DNA of 64,000 nt from Plasmodiophora brassicae (Eukaryota). The stretch covers positions 992,001 to 1,056,000 of the forward strand of contig CP145412.1 of NCBI GenBank assembly GCA_036867785.1, in the 5' to 3' direction. Position 1 is the first letter of the stretch. Every line of letters starts with the position of its first letter. Both the position numbers and the translations under genes were made by a program. Under the pieces are notes generated by a model that was not told where the DNA came from, did no database searches, and worked only from the letters and a program-made list of their open reading frames with translations. Below are positions 63,044 through 64,000 of the stretch, piece after piece.

Positions 63044-63494
63044 GTCGACAAGCCGGCCGCCTATACGGGCAGCTTCCGAGCGCCCGACGAAGCGGTACAC
63101 CGCTATTGATCCCAACCGCATCGTACGGCCGCCGATCACCCGATCATCGAGCGCCCACCCCGACACACGGCCAGCCTATCCAGAACAATTCTGGTTTCCC
63201 GACCCTGGCCGCGACCCGGGCACGTGCCCATTTGTGCCCAGCCGCGACTCGTTGACCAGCGTGTCGGAATGGGACGGAATAATGGCCACCGTCATGTCGT
63301 CCTGATGCACGACTTCGGCGACTACCGAAATGTCCAATGTGCAGCAAAATGGCAGGCGAGGCCGAGGTGCGAGACTGTGGATGACGAAGAACCTTGTCAA
63401 TGGGATGGACGCGTGTCTGCAGATGGAGGATGTTCTGGAAGGAAGGTGGGGATGAAAGTCCGCAGTGTGGGTGGGTGGGTGTCTGTGTCTGTCG

Positions 63495-64000
63495 ATGGCG
63501 GGCGCCTGTTGGCGATTGCACCTGCGGGATATCTTGGAGTACATTGGACCGACCAGGGAGTTGTCGATTGTGGCCAGGACGTGTAAGTTATGGCGGAGTC
63601 TGTGCGAGGCCATCCTCGGGCGGCGCGACGTATTCGTGGACTGTTTCTCGTCGTCGTTGAAATACTACGACCCGCGGTATCGCGCCTGGTACAATGTTGA
63701 TACGGAATCGCCCACAAGTAATCCACTGGCCTTGCTGCTCGCTGAGGACGTTATCACCGTCGTCGACACGCACGACCTGATCGTACGCCAGTATTTGCCT
63801 GTTGACCGGACGTGGATAACGATAACCCCTGTGGCGTCGAGTTGTGGCCCATCTGGCATCACCCACTTCTCCTGCTGCCACTGGCGAGGCAATATCTTCG
63901 TACGTACTGTGGATGCTGTTGACGTGTTGCTCCTACTGACTGGATTGTCGGGTACAGTTTTCCGGTGGTCGTCACGTCGATACGGACGACCCCACTGCAC
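63495..64000 (+). CDS. F-box protein with Kelch-like repeats, runs off window
   Basis: Open frame from ATG 63495 to the window end: LRDILEYIGPTRELSIVARTCKLWRSLC (F-box), then YYDPRYRAW and QYLPVDRTW (Kelch-like). Not in the ORF track because it has no stop in the window. Confidence 0.65.
   Translation, partial: MAGACWRLHLRDILEYIGPTRELSIVARTCKLWRSLCEAILGRRDVFVDCFSSSLKYYDPRYRAWYNVDTESPTSNPLALLLAEDVITVVDTHDLIVRQYLPVDRTWITITPVASSCGPSGITHFSCCHWRGNIFVRTVDAVDVLLLLTGLSGTVFRWSSRRYGRPHC

Overview
Gene-dense eukaryotic DNA of moderately high GC, with short (~40-60 nt) GT-AG introns that often carry CTGAC/CTAAC branch points and very small intergenic gaps. Flagellar genes, a chitin synthase and this intron style suggest a compact zoosporic protist, possibly a plasmodiophorid such as Plasmodiophora brassicae (inference only). 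About 30 genes can be recognised: DNAAF5, a PPR protein, an MFS transporter, calpain, an MLO-like 7TM protein, two F-box proteins, deoxyhypusine synthase, a CTD phosphatase, NASP, a tetraspanin-like protein, SNAPC3, ZUP1, a ZIP transporter, GT61, a BK channel, ALG8, an RSP2-like protein, GatA, RabGGTase alpha, chitin synthase, BMS1 and an NTE/patatin phospholipase. The most unusual part is ~17.9-22.7 kb. It is a mosaic of broken host-gene pieces (a dead PI4-kinase, a re-duplicated piece of it, a UCH-L3 C-terminus), a Gypsy integrase scrap and an inverted duplication, bracketed by a degenerate ~85-bp direct repeat and abutting a decayed Harbinger transposase. A second decayed-transposon patch (Harbinger plus mariner-like) lies at 27.6-29.15 kb. 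Exon boundaries were inferred by eye and no database search was run.
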